A stretch of 63,581 nucleotides of DNA, the filler included, from Folioceros fuciformis (Eukaryota): assembly GCA_049999805.1 (NCBI GenBank). It is 5 parts of 5 records of this genome, joined end to end, with 100 filler letters (N's around TTAATTAATTAA, not from the genome) between each part and the next. Parts side by side here need not be neighbours in the genome. Positions count along the whole stretch, not along the records: positions 32,983 to 46,368 come from JBNGIO010004130.1; positions 46,469 to 55,780 come from JBNGIO010004131.1; positions 55,881 to 63,581 come from JBNGIO010004137.1; 2 more parts are not named here. One strand, written 5' to 3'. Positions 45,563 to 62,938 of the stretch are shown here, piece by piece. Positions within the stretch are counted from its first letter, which is position 1. The number at the start of each line of letters is the position of its first letter. The notes beneath the pieces were generated by a model. The model was not told the origin of the DNA. It made no database searches and was given only the letters and a program-made list of their open reading frames with translations. Both the position numbers and the translations under genes were made by a program.

Positions 45563-46368
45563 GGGCATTGCGTTTTCTTCCACAATTAGGGAGCTGTACT
45601 CGGGCCTTGTGTTGTGGGAATCGAGTAGTCGGCTCATTAAAGCTCCTCAGAAGGTATTGGGTTGGAAATTGATCTCGGTTCATTAGGTTTTTCTTTTCAC
45701 AAGCTAGGAAGTTTATTGTACCTTTAAGTAAGTGGAGACTTTATGATTTATTTATTTTAATTATATAGGTTAAATTTCTTTTTATTTTTATTTTTAATGA
45801 AACACATAAATTAATAATTTTAAAGTTATATATTTTATAGTCTTAATTTTTAACTTAAAATTGGTTGGAGAGTGCTACTTATACCATTCCACCTTATTCC
45901 TGCAGCATATTCATTTCGCATTGATAAAATATTGCTAGCTTTATCCAAATAATCTTCAAGCACTTTACAAAATTTCATAGCACTTTGAAAGGGTTTCTCC
46001 AATTCTTTTTCATAAGTTATTAGCATGTTAAAATATGTACACTTTAGCACAAGAACACAACATGCAAGACATTAGAATTACACATAATTAAAGAATGTTT
46101 TATAAAAAGCCATAGAGAAAGGATAGATAAAGTGTGGCTTATACCACTAAATTGTCATTATGTTGCAACATTCTAACATAACCATTGCGGTTCTGGAATC
46201 CCACTTGAAATTGTTTAGTTAATTGTTCGAGCTTGGCAACCAATTCTGGTTTAGCTCGTTCCTTACAGAATAGGATTTGTTTAAGTTTGAAGTTCCATAC
46301 AACAACAACTTAAGTTCCAACAAATGTAATGACCCAGTGGACGAATTTGTGAGCTATACCATATGACA

Positions 46369-46468
46369 NNNNNNNNNNNNNNNNNNNNNNNNNNNNNNNN
46401 NNNNNNNNNNNNTTAATTAATTAANNNNNNNNNNNNNNNNNNNNNNNNNNNNNNNNNNNNNNNNNNNN
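46369..46468. other. Artificial scaffold-join spacer
   Basis: 44 N + TTAATTAATTAA + 44 N. Confidence 0.97.
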
Positions 46469-47908
46469 GCTTCCAGCGTGTGCGGCTCCCGGGCCTGTGC
46501 CCGCAGAAGAGCAGGTGGCGGCCGTGAAGAAGAGGAGTAGGCTGAGCACGGGAGCGATTATTGGGATTGTTCTGGCGGATGTGTTTGTTGTGGCCATTTT
46601 GACGCTCGTCTTTTTGTTTTACTACTGGAGGAAGTACACCCATGCCAACATGGAGAAGGTGGGGAAGCGGAGGGAGTCGGAGAAAGGGGACTTGTCTTCC
46701 AGCCAGTACTCGCTGCAGCTCCCCGAGGCGGAGAGGAGCAAGCTCGTTTTCTTTGATGGGTACGATAATACTTTTGAGCTCGAGGACTTGCTTCGAGCCT
46801 CCGCCGAGATGCTGGGGAAGGGGAGCTTCGGGACTGCGTACAAGGCCGTGTTGGAGGACGGGACTGTAGTGGCTGTGAAGCGGTTGAAGGATGTCACCAC
46901 GTCCGGGAAGAAGGAATTCGAGCAGCAGATGGAGCTCATTGGGAAGCTCAGGCATCCGAACCTGGTGCCTCTAGTGGCTTACTACTATGCCAAGGATGAG
47001 AAGCTGCTGGTGTATCCTTACCAGTCCAATGGCAGCCTTTATGCCCTTCTTCACGGTAAGCAGCAACAGTGGTGTGGTTGGATGGAAGGTTTCATGACAT
47101 GTTGTGTATGAATGCTTGCTTGCTTTTTCATGGGGATGGAAATGGTGCGTGGATGTATGGTGTGTTCAGGACGACTGATGTTTTGTTGGGACGCCGGAAG
47201 GATATGAGAGATGCCGTGCTGAGGTTGAACGTTGTGAACCATGTGATGGTTGCAGGGAGCCGGGGGCCAGGGAGGACGCCTCTGGACTGGGTGACTCGGC
47301 TGCGGATTGCCCTGGGGGCTGCGAGGGGCTTGGCCTACCTCCACCAGGAATGCAGTGGGCAGAAGATTCCCCATGCCAACATCAAGTCTTCCAACATTCT
47401 GCTGGACTTGCATTATAATGCGTGCGTGTCGGACTTCGGAATCGCGCTGCTGGTGAGTCCTACCATTGTGGCGTCCCGGATGGCCGGGTACAAGGCACCG
47501 GAGCACAGCGACGCCAAGAGAATATCTCAGAGAGCAGATGTGTACAGCTTCGGGGTTCTGCTCCTGGAGCTGCTGACAGGGAAGGCACCCGCCCAGTCCT
47601 ACCTGCAGGACGACGGCATCGATCTGCCCAGGTGGGTGCAGTCGGTTGTCCGGGAGGAATGGACGGCCGAAGTGTTTGACATTGAGCTCATGAGGTACAA
47701 GAACATCGAAGAGGAGATGGTGGCGTTGCTCCAGATCGCCATGCTGTGTGTCTCGCAGGCACCTGACCAGCGGCCCAAGATGAGTCAGGTTGCGAGGATG
47801 ATAGACGAGATCAGAGGAGAGCAGTCTCCTGCACACGATGGGTCTCTGTCCTCGCAGTCCATATCCTCTCCCGCAATCTCTGAGGAAGCTTCCGGCGCAC
47901 AACCCTGA
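46469..47908 (+). CDS. Atypical LRR-III receptor-like kinase (TM + kinase; ectodomain cut by the scaffold join)
   Basis: [51 protein letters not shown]; intron ~47056-47255; [15 protein letters not shown] (no catalytic Asp); [24 protein letters not shown]. Confidence 0.95.
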
Positions 47909-48435
47909 CGTGATCCATACGGGATGAGTTTCTCTAGAGTGGCCCTAGTTCTCCTTGCTGCTAGCAGGTGCTGCCCCCTCCATGGTGTCAGGGTATTCAA
48001 AGGGGATTCGGAGCGTTCTGTTTTTTTCCTTCTTCGGAAGTGGAGTCTTCATGGTCCAATCATAGCTGCTAGGTGGTGTAAGATAGTCCTTTCTCTACCA
48101 TGAAGCCTCCATCCTCCTCATTCATGTCGTCGAAATCGAGAGTGGCTCGGCTTGTCAGGATTCGTAGTTGCTAGCTAGTGTTCCAAGGTAGATGACGCAA
48201 GCTCTTCAGCTAGTGAATGCTACGCTAGATGACGACGTAGGTTGTTCGAAGTAGCTCACGTGGGTACCTCCGGTTCGTCTGTCTTTGCACAGCCAATTGA
48301 ACTTCATCTGCCTCTTCAGGAACCTAAAGTTACTGGCTGATGAAGCCACCGCCACCATGACCCAGGAAGAACAGATAACTTCCACTTTCTATTAAAGCAA
48401 GCTGCAGTCCCAAGACAGTGCCATCACCGAGGCCA

Positions 48436-48630
48436 TGACCGAGGGAAGCGAGTTCTCGTCTGTGTCGTGACCGAGGGAAGCGAGTTCTCGTCTGTGTCGT
48501 GACCGAGCCAAGCGAGTTCTCGTCTGTGTCGTGACCGAGCCAAGCGAGTTCTCGTCTGTGTCGTGACCGAGCCAAGCGAGTTCTCGTCTGTCTCGTGACC
48601 GAGCCAAGCGAGTTCTCGTCTGTCTCGTGA
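48436..48630. repeat. 32-bp minisatellite, 6 copies
   Basis: TGACCGAGSSAAGCGAGTTCTCGTCTGTSTCG repeated head-to-tail with no spacers. Confidence 0.96.
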
Positions 48631-51600
48631 GCAGGTTGCAGTTCCAGGGTGTCTCCACCGCCTACCGCTACCATCACCCAGCAAGAGCAAACAGCTTCCA
48701 TTAATGATCTTGCTAAATCGTAAAAGCTGTCAGCCTGCCAAGGTCAAGAGATGGCCGGCCGCCGAGAAGCAATGACGGTCTTTCCTCAAGTCACCAACTG
48801 GCATCCACAAGAGTGCTCAGAGCCAGCTGTCGCACGTGATCCAAATAAAAAAAAGGGGAGTGCACAGGAAAAGTGCTCCGAAGCCACAAAGGCAGCCTGC
48901 ACGTCTACAAACGCACTCACAGTCAGCCCATGCCTGCACATGCTGTCTACGGCAACGCCATTGCTATGGCACCAAGAACTGCAGTTGATGCGATACTCGG
49001 CATCCTCGGCGATGATGGCAGTCTTGAGTCATCACAATCGTGAGAGAAATTCGCACCCCTGTGCATACGGAACAACAAACCATTCCAGAGCTCACACAAA
49101 TGCCACCCGCATAGGAGTTGTGGACACCATCAGGTGCAGAAAACGACATTTCCATGACCACAGACACCTGATAGTACAGAGAACCTGCCCGACTCTTGAT
49201 AAGGGTATAATTGCATGCCATCATCCCAACCAGAAACTCCTGAAGCAAAAAGATCCAGCTGCACCAAGTGCAGTTTGTCTCCCCAGCCTCTCGACTGGCG
49301 TCAGGCCACTTCTACCTCATTGCCAGGCGGTCAGCAAAAGGTTGTCACATACAACCCAATCTTTTCCCACAGGAGTCTGACATTACGCCTCTGTGCTACT
49401 GGCAGCTAAGGATCGGATCAAGAGTAACGTGTGTCAACGAAATCAGGTCAGTCGTCCTATTCCATCCATCACTGACAACGTCGTCAGATAGCTACGGTAT
49501 AGTGGTTGATGTAAGGACATCATTCCGTGGAAAGGAAAGAGCCATGTGTCTACATCCTTGCTGGGCCTTGCTGCTACTGTTTACAGCTGGCTGGAACATC
49601 TGAACACAAAGGTTTTACATCCCCTAGTTTCTTGCGTGTTTCCTGTGATGGAACTCGACACTTAACATCTTGCATCACTTTGTGCCAAAGCTACTTGCAC
49701 ACGGGCATCCAGTCCCTCCCACAACCCTACCAATCTAAGCACATGATCTATCAATGGATATCTCCTGCTCTGTTGGGTAGTACAGTAGTAACTGTCTAAT
49801 TACAGGTCCTTTATTAATAAAATTTCAGAACAATTTATCATGTGGACACGGCAAGACTGTCTCCTTCCCCTACTTGGCAGCTTGTTTCATACGTCGTGTG
49901 TCCATGGCCCTTCAAAGAGCCATTTCTGACAAGATTTTTCCGGTTTTGAAGCCAAAGGTTAAACCCAGCTGCACCAAAGAACACAGCTGTTTTGTGGTAG
50001 TTTAGTTGCTGTTGAGAAGTCTTGTGGACATAACTACCGTTGTTGTTGTTGATTAGAATGCATGTGGAGGAGTTGGTAGCAGAGAAGCTGCTACCAACTC
50101 CTTGATCTTCCTGTACTAATTGGGTACCCTGGAAAGAAATTGTAAGGCGCCTGCTTCTCCTGAGGTGGTTAACAACCTTCAGAAGACGAGTCGAGTTGCA
50201 GGGATGATATACAGAATGAGTTTCCTGAGCTGCTTGTGTGTTTTCATGGGTTGCTTGCAGCTGAAGAGGTTGTCACTGTAAGGTAAGAATACATGTTGTA
50301 AATCCCAGCTCCACCAACTGCAGATTGCTGTCTCGGGATTCTGCCACACAAAGCTGGAATCCTCCATTCGTGCCCGGCTGCTGCTGTGGCTCTCCGCTTT
50401 TGAGGGGCCACCTGTGAAGCTGTAGCCAGCATTTTCTGTTGGCACCGGACGCAAGTCTGGCCAGCCAAGCTCTGCAGAGCTTGGCAACTCTTATGTCATC
50501 ATGGCAGGCTGCCAGATTATCAGATCTGCACTTATCTCATACAGAAGGGCAGTGACGAATTCAGAAGCTTGTACTGCATCTGGCGTGCATGGAGCAGCCT
50601 TCAAGAGAGCTGTTCCGTCCTTGGTTCTTGCTTGCTGCAACCCAAAATGTCCCCAATGTGTCGGACACTGAGCTTAGTAGCCACAAGGACATGGAGGAGT
50701 GCTGCAGTTGTGGTGTATGCTTTATTTCTCTCACGCAGGTACACTATCCAATCCATCCTGCTCCCTGAGAAGCCTTCCGCTATGTGGACGAACCTAATCT
50801 CCGCCATCCAAATCTTCTCACTCTGTACGACGAACCTTCCGCCAGGGGCACAAAGCTAATATCCTCTGTCCAGTCCTTTCCAAGCAGCTAACTATTATTC
50901 TGTTGTTTCTTTGTTTTTCCCTCTCTTTCTTGAAAAGATGGACGAGGTAACCGTTTTCAAGCGTGAACCCGTGAAACGTGAACGTCTGTCTCGTCAACGT
51001 TGAAATGTCGCGACTACCACGGTACTTTACCGACACCGTAGTCGCGGGAGGTGTCGATTCGGTGGTGGCTGCAGGAAGCTGGCTGGACATCTGAACCCTC
51101 GGGATTGGTCCAGCTTCCTATTCTCGTCCTTGTGGAAGCAGGGGAGCCCGTTCTTCTCATCTTGGCTGTCCTGGTATGGTCCTAGCATTTTTGCCCCTGT
51201 CGATGTCATCGATCTATGGCCTGCGTCATTCCGCACCAGTTTTTCGTGTGCAGGACGGATGGATGGACGTTATGAGAGCAGATGAAGCTAACTGATGAGG
51301 GAGTGTCTGGCGTAGACGGAGCCCGCTATTTCTCCGTCTCTGTTCTGTAATCTGTTGGAATTACATAGTACAAATGAGTACAGATGAGGATTTGAGGCGA
51401 CTTCATGACCTCACGGAATCGTCATAACCTAGGGAAAGTGAACGCAAGTCCAGCCAGCTAATCTCTGCAGAATCGTGTCAACTCTTATGTCATCGTGGCG
51501 TCCTGGCAGCTTATTGGATGTACACATCTGACACCAGGACAATTGTAGTGAACGAGTCTTGAGCTTGTTGTACTGGTTTCGACATGATGCAGCCATAGAG

Positions 51601-52493
51601 AAACAGGACTGGAGAGCGAAACCTGTCCGGAGATGACTCAGCAAGCAAACGGGGCGGCATTTCGACGATAAGTGCAAACAAGCCAGTTCCTAAGCTGGAT
51701 TTCAATAACCTCTTGTAACTGCTGGACCTCATTCGTAATTCGGTGTAATGCTCCGACTTGCCAAGAGCTGCTCACGAGGAACGCATCCGCCTAGTTCCAT
51801 CTCCAGGAAGACGACGGTCCAGGCTGACAATCACCGTCCAGTCCTTACGGAGGCTGCTGCTGTGGCTCTCATTGTGCCACGAAACGGAATCCAATCTTGT
51901 CTGCTTTTTCGTCGAATTGTGGTTCCAGTCATTCACTTACACCTGTTGATTGTGTATGATACAGGAACTACGGCGAAGCTTGCCCGTCACTCACCTCCTG
52001 TCGAGCTATGTGCATCGAGTTGAAGACCTTATTTGCCAACGTGTCATGAAACACTTAACATCATGTTAGTATGATGATATGCGATCGTTAGGTTTGCGAT
52101 ATATAGGTTGGTTATGGGCCAGTGGAAACTTTAAATGTTGATATACATCTAAGCTGCGTAACAGAATTCTAAGCATATGCTCTGACAACAGCGTAAGTCT
52201 CACGCAATTCACTAAAAGCAAGTCTTAGACAATTCTGAGCGTATGCTCCTGGGAACCTATGCGGACTCATGAACACTTATCAACTCTACTAGCTCCTCCA
52301 AGACTTCGTCGTGGATATGACGCTGCACAGAAAAGATGGTGCGAGGTAGCCATACGTTGCTACAGATGCGCAACAGAGTTCGCCTTCTGCTTCCCCTTGC
52401 CAATCCCAATCCCGGATTCACTTGGGCATTACAGCCTCGTCAAATTTGCTAAACGGGACTGCTGATGTTGGGGAACAAGCTGGAAACAATTCC

Positions 52494-54105
52494 TCAAGAG
52501 CTCCTCTCGTCCAGCCACTCGATGATGTCCCCAAACACCAGCTCGACGTTTTCATCCGGCTCTCCTGTGGTTAGCCCATGGCACATTTCGTGATACTTCT
52601 TGATACACTTATCGACGCTCATGGCTCCGTGGTAGAGCTCGTCGCTAATTTCAGGGTCTACCACCGTGTCGGCCTCCCCGTGCAACACTAGGAAGGGTAA
52701 CGTCACCTGCGCATGTCGAGAATTCGAAAAAGCATAGATACATGAATACTTGTGATATACATAACAGAGACACGGGGACACGCACCTCTTCAAGCCGCTC
52801 GGCCAGATCATTGCTCGCATTGTAGGCCTCCAAGGCAGTTTTGAGGCGGATCCTACCCTGGTATGGTAGAGGATTTGCCCTTATCTGCGTCACGAATATA
52901 TGTCAGTGTCCTTGACCGCATGATCTACCCTCCCTCCATGTAAGGGATGCCAAGAAATATGAGCAGCGGCAGGTTAATGCAAACCACCCAATGCCAACCA
53001 AACCAGTTGAACTCACCTCCTTCTTCTTCACTGGATCTCTGAAGGCGCTGTCGATGACGTCTTTAGCTGGGACAAGCTTCCAAGTGGGAAGGATGGGCGC
53101 AATTTTTACTAGGATTTCGACAAGCAGCTGGGGTGGTTTTAGCTTCTCGGAAATCTGTGCAAACAATTGCACTGTTCAGAATGAGGAGGTGCTGACTGTG
53201 TTGCNNNNNNNNNNNNNNNNNNNNNNNNNNNNNNNNNNNNNNNNNNNNNNNNNNNNNNNNNNNNNNNNNNNNNNNNNNNNNNNNNNNNNNNNNNNNNNNN
53301 NNNNACCTTGCACATTGGTGCGAGAAGAACCGCTCCATTCCAAAGGATTGGCTCCTTCCTGTGGATGCGGAGAGTTACGGCACCACCCATGGACTCCCCG
53401 AGCAGAAACCTTGCACATTGGTGCGAGAAGAACCGCTCCATTCCAAAGGATTGGCTCCTTCCTGTGGATGCGGAGAGTTACGGCACCACCCATGGACTCC
53501 CCGAGCAGAAACCTTGCTTTCTCTCTGTACTCGTCCTTTTCTGCACAAAGTAACACAGAATTGGAAAAAGCTCGGATGGTGCAGCGAAATTCAGATCACT
53601 TGATATGCAAAGACAAAGACAGCCACGCAGAGAAATGTACAGAAAGACAGAGTGGGAAGTGGACAGTCACACCCCGTACACTCTTGAAGTATTCAACACA
53701 GTCCGAAACAAGATCGTCGAAGCTGTTAATGAGTGCCCTCAACCCTTTCGAGCGGCCATGGCCCTCATAATCGATTCCGAACACGGCGTACCCTGCTTCG
53801 GCCAGCCTCTCTCCAATCTCTGCATTCTCCTCGAAGAACGACACGGTTGTCAATAAATTTGGACCAGAGATGCGCTCATCCTGAGCTCAGAAAACGGAAC
53901 ACGTGCTGTCCTAATACAACTTGTGACATGGCTACCAAGCACGCACCTTTCATGAAGATGCTGCACTCCATAGCGTACCCTGCATGCGACAAGAAAACAG
54001 ATGGCGCATCGGTCAGCAAACTGCTCCGGATCCGCCAAGCACGCGCATTGCGAAGCGTAGCTACCGTGCAGCCGAGAGCAAGCATACATAAAAATAAAAT
54101 TATCC

Positions 54106-54143
<38 letters not shown>

Positions 54144-54362
54144 CAGCTACTCACCGTGGCAGAGGACGATCAACGCCTTAATCTCCTGCCCGACAGGAAG
54201 CCATCTGCAGATGAACTGCTCTACTCCTCGGGAATTAACGGTGAATTCCTGCGAACCCAGCAATAAGCATGACACGCCTATTGCAGCCCGCGAGTCACAC
54301 GCAGTCTCCACCCAACTACATCGAGTACTTACAGATTCATTCATACTTAAGCGCCGAGCCAT
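52494..54362 (-). CDS. Monoacylglycerol lipase / caffeoyl shikimate esterase-like alpha/beta hydrolase, multi-exon
   Basis: NSRGVEQFICRWLP; LIVLCHGY; GYAVFGIDYEGHGRSKG; FLLGESMGGAV (nucleophile Ser); VLHGEADTVVDP (Asp); CHGLTTGEPDEN (His). Confidence 0.94.
53305..53514. repeat. 103-bp exact tandem duplication of the GESMGG exon beside a gap
   Basis: Unit starts at 53305 and 53408 and is bounded by ACCTTGC microhomology. Confidence 0.9.
54109..54140. repeat. (TA)16 intronic microsatellite
   Basis: Pure TA run. Confidence 0.95.
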
Positions 54363-55780
54363 TACTGCTCCCTCTGAGCCACAAAGATGACTGTTCACAA
54401 CAACCAAGAACAACGTCAGGAAGACATCTAGACATCTAGACCTCTCTACTCTGTCTGGCACACACACCCCACCAAGTCTTACAGCAGAAATTTTCCCGAG
54501 ATCCAAGGACCGAGGAGCCCAGCAACCACTGGCTCTCTTCGTGCCTTAGACCTGTCACAAATCAAGGATGGAGTACCCACGGCATCCTTTCAGTGTTTGA
54601 GTCTAGTGAGTGTGAATATTTCTTCCTTTCTTTCTTTCCTTCCCATGTACGTCAATTGAGTGATCGGGAGAGTAGTTCGTACCCATTTCCTAGATTTGAA
54701 GCCTGATGGCCAAGCTCAAGCTTCTTGTGACCCCTCCTTTCGGATTGACAGCAGAACTTGCAAAGCCTGGCTGCCATTAAGCCTCTCCTCTTTTGAAGGT
54801 TCTATTTTTGATAGTTGGCACTATAAATTAAATGAAGCTTTAGAATAAAGCTCGGTGTTTAATAGCTGGAATCAGTTCCAAAGCACCTTCCAAAGAACCT
54901 TGTGCCACCATAGGAAATGTCCTTGGATATGCGGATGCCTTCTCTTGGATTGGGCAATGTTGAGATAGGAATTTAGGGTTATCTGTACTTACGAAATTCG
55001 GTGACCTATAAGGTCCTCTTGTCTAACTTTCCTCATCCAGTTTCTAGGTCATGAAAACAAATCATTTTAGTTCATACTAACTGTTGCTTTATTTAAAGTT
55101 TATTTGACTAACATGTTTATGCTTTCTATAATAAGAACTTTATAATTCAGCCTTAAAGTACCATGTAATCGGCCCAAGGGGAATTATGTAGAAAGGATTG
55201 TTTTCCAAAAGGGACCGTCAATTGCACTCTCTTATGTTTACTTTGTATATGAAAGGGCTAAATGAGAAATTCCTACATGATAATCAACACATTTTAAAAC
55301 AGATATTCTTCTTATTTTTACTTCCTTTAAATAGAATTTTTCCTAGATGATAAAAAAATGCCCTACTTAGAGAGTGCTCATATGGCGAACAGCTTAAATT
55401 TATTTTTAGTATAATATTTTTTTAAAACTTTTTCAATTTAAAAAAATAAAATATTTGTTTTCACATGGAAAAATAAGGGACACATCCTTAAATGGGACCA
55501 ATGGAGGTGGTCCTCCAAACTGGTTCCGTTAGGGAGGGGCAAGTGTACTGTATGTATGTTGCCAGTGAAAGTTGTTTGCCGAGAGTCTCGTGTCTAACAG
55601 ACCACGGGCCTAACCTAAACGTGTCGGATAGACCAAGAGGTTTGAAGTGTGGAGAGGCATGGAACCCACGGATCACGATTCCGAGCATCTGCTCTAGGAA
55701 AATGAGACAGGTGTAAATGCAACGTTAACCATGAGGAGCTACAGATGCGAGATGCGCCACAGGCTTCCCCTCCCCGGATT

Positions 55781-55880
55781 NNNNNNNNNNNNNNNNNNNN
55801 NNNNNNNNNNNNNNNNNNNNNNNNTTAATTAATTAANNNNNNNNNNNNNNNNNNNNNNNNNNNNNNNNNNNNNNNNNNNN
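55781..55880. other. Artificial scaffold-join spacer
   Basis: 44 N + TTAATTAATTAA + 44 N. Confidence 0.97.
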
Positions 55881-56075
55881 CCCCCAGTTATGGTCTCCCT
55901 GATCGAGGAGATGGCCAACGAGCTTCACCCTGCACCATGATCCAGGGTACCAAGGTTGCTCTGATTGCGGGTACAGAAACAACTGTCGTCGGTGAATGAA
56001 TTACTGTAGATAACGCTAACACAAGAAAAAAACGGGGGCAGCCGCGGTAGCGGCGGGGGCACAGAAGAAGGCGGC

Positions 56076-59773
<3,698 letters not shown>

Positions 59774-60152
59774 CACGCTCTGGAACGGTGATCTCCCGTC
59801 CACTAAATCCCCCACGCGAGCGCGAGCGAGAGGGGGAGGGGGAGGTGGAAGGGGAGGGAGAGCGAGACCGTGGCCGAGGCTGGACCCGAGCGCGCACTCC
59901 AGGCGGACGGACCGCCGCAGCGCATGTCTGTCTTGTACGTCGCAGCTGCGCACAGAGCGGGATGGGAGACTGACGACCGGGCCGCGGGGGGGGCTGCTGA
60001 CGTGAGATCCGACAGCAGGCCCCGGGCGGGGAGTCGGGAGACGATGCGGGCGCGAGCCAAGTAGAGTCCACTCACTCTCCGCTGCCCAAAGCAGGGAGCA
60101 TTACGATAAGCGCCCGTTGAGGTGCATAAGCTACAGGGCGGGATTACCCAAA

Positions 60153-60213
60153 GGCAGAGGCAGGGGCAGAGGCAGAGGCAGACGCAGAGGCAGAGGCCGA
60201 GGCCGAGGCAGGC
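60153..60213. repeat. (GGCAGA)n-like simple repeat upstream of the copine gene
   Basis: About 10 degenerate hexamers in a GC-rich upstream region that also holds (CACCTG)n runs. Confidence 0.8.
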
Positions 60214-61600
60214 ACGCTGGGAACCGGCAGGCAGGGGCGGCAGGAAAGCGCGCAATCCCAAGCTTGACGGCACAGTACAGTACATAGACACACACAAGGA
60301 TGTGAGGCGGAGGCGGGGGCGGGGGCGGACGCGGAGGCTGTGCTGCGGGAGCTCCCTGCACCTGCACCTGCTGCTGCCGCTGGCAGAGTGCGGCTGCTAG
60401 TGCTGCTGCCCCTGCCGCTGCTGATTAGAGGGCAGCAGGGCAAGTGTGTGTCGTGCAGCGCAGTGGTCAAATGGCAGTCAAAGGGACGCCATGCCAGGCC
60501 AGGCCTGCTCTGCTGGATGCGTGGTGTGCGTGCTACTGTTACAGCTACAGCCACTGCCACAGGCTGCTGGCAGCAGCTGCTTACCCTACCATGCCCTGCC
60601 CTACCCAACCCTACCCTGCTCTACCTTGCCTCTGCGCCTTCTCCATCGCCACCTGCACCTGCACCTCCACCTTCACCTGCGCTGGAAGTGATTTGATGAC
60701 GGACTCCTCATCACCTTTCACTCCATCTGATGCATCGCATCCCCACTGCTGCACTGCACTGCACGGCGCCTGATGCGATCGCTTTCGAAACCAGGGCGGG
60801 CGGGCGACGCGACGCCAACTCCAGGGAACGTGGAGCTGTCAGGCGCCGTCGGACGTCGGACGTCGGACGTCGGAAATCCAACCCAATACCAACAGGCCCA
60901 CCTTGCTTTGCTTTTCCATGCCACCCGACAAACTCATGCGCTGCCCGTCTCCTTCTCTCTCTCTCTCTCCCTTTCGCTCACCTCTTCTCGCTCTACTTAA
61001 CAACTTGCACTCTTAAGTTACTCCCCCTTCACCTAGACCCCATATTTTATTAAAATACCTACATAGCACGTAAGGCTATGGCCAAACAAGTGACCCTCTT
61101 GTTACTCCATGTGGCCAATGACAACATAACATAAGGTTATGATAAGTTTACATCGTACATATAGGGGATCCACATTAATGTTTCCTTCAAAGCTCTTATT
61201 TTAAAACCAATTTAAAAAACAATTGTTAAAAGAGTTTATAACATGCAAGATCTAGTAGTACCTTGCAATTAGGGTTCAAGCAAGGTGACTGGGACATTGT
61301 TGCATTAACCAGTCCTATATCATAATAACATAAATAAATAAATAAATAAATTACTATTACCAAAAAACAAAAACAAAGCTCCGTCATTCTAGCCTACAAA
61401 GTGTCTGGCTTACAAATTATAAGAATTAAAAGAGTCAATACTTGAAGATTATTTGGCCCTCAATTGAAATAGCTGTTTAGCAATTTCCACCAATTTGCCT
61501 GTAACTAGAGAACAAAGTAAAGGGAATAGTCAGAAATATACATGATTTTCTAACACGAATTTCATATTGATTAATATTCAAACATACTTAGAGCCTATCT

Positions 61601-62029
61601 TCATAATTTGGACAATTTTTTATATGAGGATGATTTTCCAAAAATAAAAATTGAAAACATCTTGAAGTTGTTGGGTATACCACCATACTCACTTTCCACA
61701 CCCAAGGATATAAACTTGCAAAGTAGACACTCTTTTTTACTTCTATGCGAAATTTTAGCTTGCATATTATTTTCCGCACACTTGCAGGAGGGATTATCAG
61801 AATAAGAAATTGAGGAAGACCTAGAAGGTTCGGAAAGTGCAACATTAGCACTCCTAAGCTCATTTTCTTCCAAATCCTTCAACGAGGAAGATTCATGAAT
61901 TGTAACTCTGCGCTTTCCAAATTCATTTTTCTCCCAAGGTTCAGGATCCTTGAAAAGGAAAGCAAATAATATTGATAACAACAAAACAATTGTAAGAGAG
62001 ATTATAATCGGTCGCCACTCAATATCCAT
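61601..62029 (-). CDS. Hypothetical small single-pass membrane protein
   Basis: 142-codon ORF in very AT-rich DNA. It starts MDIEWRP, followed by the hydrophobic IIISLTIVLLLSILFAFLF and a Ser-rich tail. Confidence 0.45.
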   Translation of the reverse strand: MDIEWRPIIISLTIVLLLSILFAFLFKDPEPWEKNEFGKRRVTIHESSSLKDLEENELRSANVALSEPSRSSSISYSDNPSCKCAENNMQAKISHRSKKECLLCKFISLGVESEYGGIPNNFKMFSIFIFGKSSSYKKLSKL

Positions 62030-62938
62030 AATGAACCTTAAGCACAACTATATACACTATGACACTTCATTAATTAATACTAATAGATTCATAGTGTTTA
62101 CCATGTCAAGAAGGTTTGCATGATTTATGGTCTTAAAGCATCACAAAAATTGTATTAATAGCATCCCAAATTCTAATATGATGGTATGCATAATACAGCA
62201 CACATGTAAGAAGATGTTTAAATTGTGCACTTAGCCACCAGAAGATCATCAAAGATGATTTGCACACCAATTTTTATCTTAAGGAATTATATAATATCTT
62301 AAAAAACTTTTTGTTTTCCAAATAGATTAAAAAGTGTTTTGAGTATTCATATGACCTACATAATTAAGTATATTTTGTGTTCTTCGTTTGTTGTTTGATT
62401 AATAAATATATGGTCGGGCAAATATATATATATATACGTAGGTAGGTTCTCAATGCTTGTTGATTCTATGGATGACATTGAGGTGTGAGATTTTATTCAT
62501 TTACTGTATATATATGTACAATATTAAGGTTATAATAGTTCGTAAATATATTATAAATTTTGAAAAAAAAATAATTGAATTAAATCTTCATGCAGAGTAG
62601 GTACTTTATATGTATGGAAAAATATTTTGAACATCTTACCTTTGCACAACTTTGAATGTGTGCATATTATGTGAACATTTATACATTTTATTGCTCTACA
62701 CTAAACACGATTCTCTTTTAAATACAATTGGAATAAGGACTTTATTGTTGTCCTTTAAATTTGTTCCACCATGAACTTTGATGTCTCCTTCAAGCTATCT
62801 TATAGTAAATGGTGCATATGACGTTGTACTCAGATTAGTATTGGGCAAGCAAAGCTTATGAAGAAAATAAATAAATGAAGTAGAAGACTGAAAGAAATTT
62901 TTGAAAGAGGGTGATTGGATCATCCCAACATAGCAACC

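Noticed and set aside
44777-45637. 286-aa minus-strand ORF
   Set aside because: It is probably the antisense shadow of the G/C-ending + strand ORF. The same applies to 47051-47902, 23811-24500 and 46413-46955.
47370-47400. Missing catalytic Asp (HANIKSSN) as a novel kinase lesion
   Set aside because: [11 protein letters not shown] is the normal state of atypical LRR-III kinases.
48436-48630. CRISPR-like array
   Set aside because: Units are head-to-tail with no unique spacers, there are no cas genes, and the context is eukaryotic.
53305-53514. Duplicated catalytic exon giving alternative splicing in the lipase
   Set aside because: The copy is exact, abuts an N gap, is bounded by 7-bp microhomology and lacks its own acceptor. 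It is most likely an assembly loop, and the first copy keeps a GT donor anyway.
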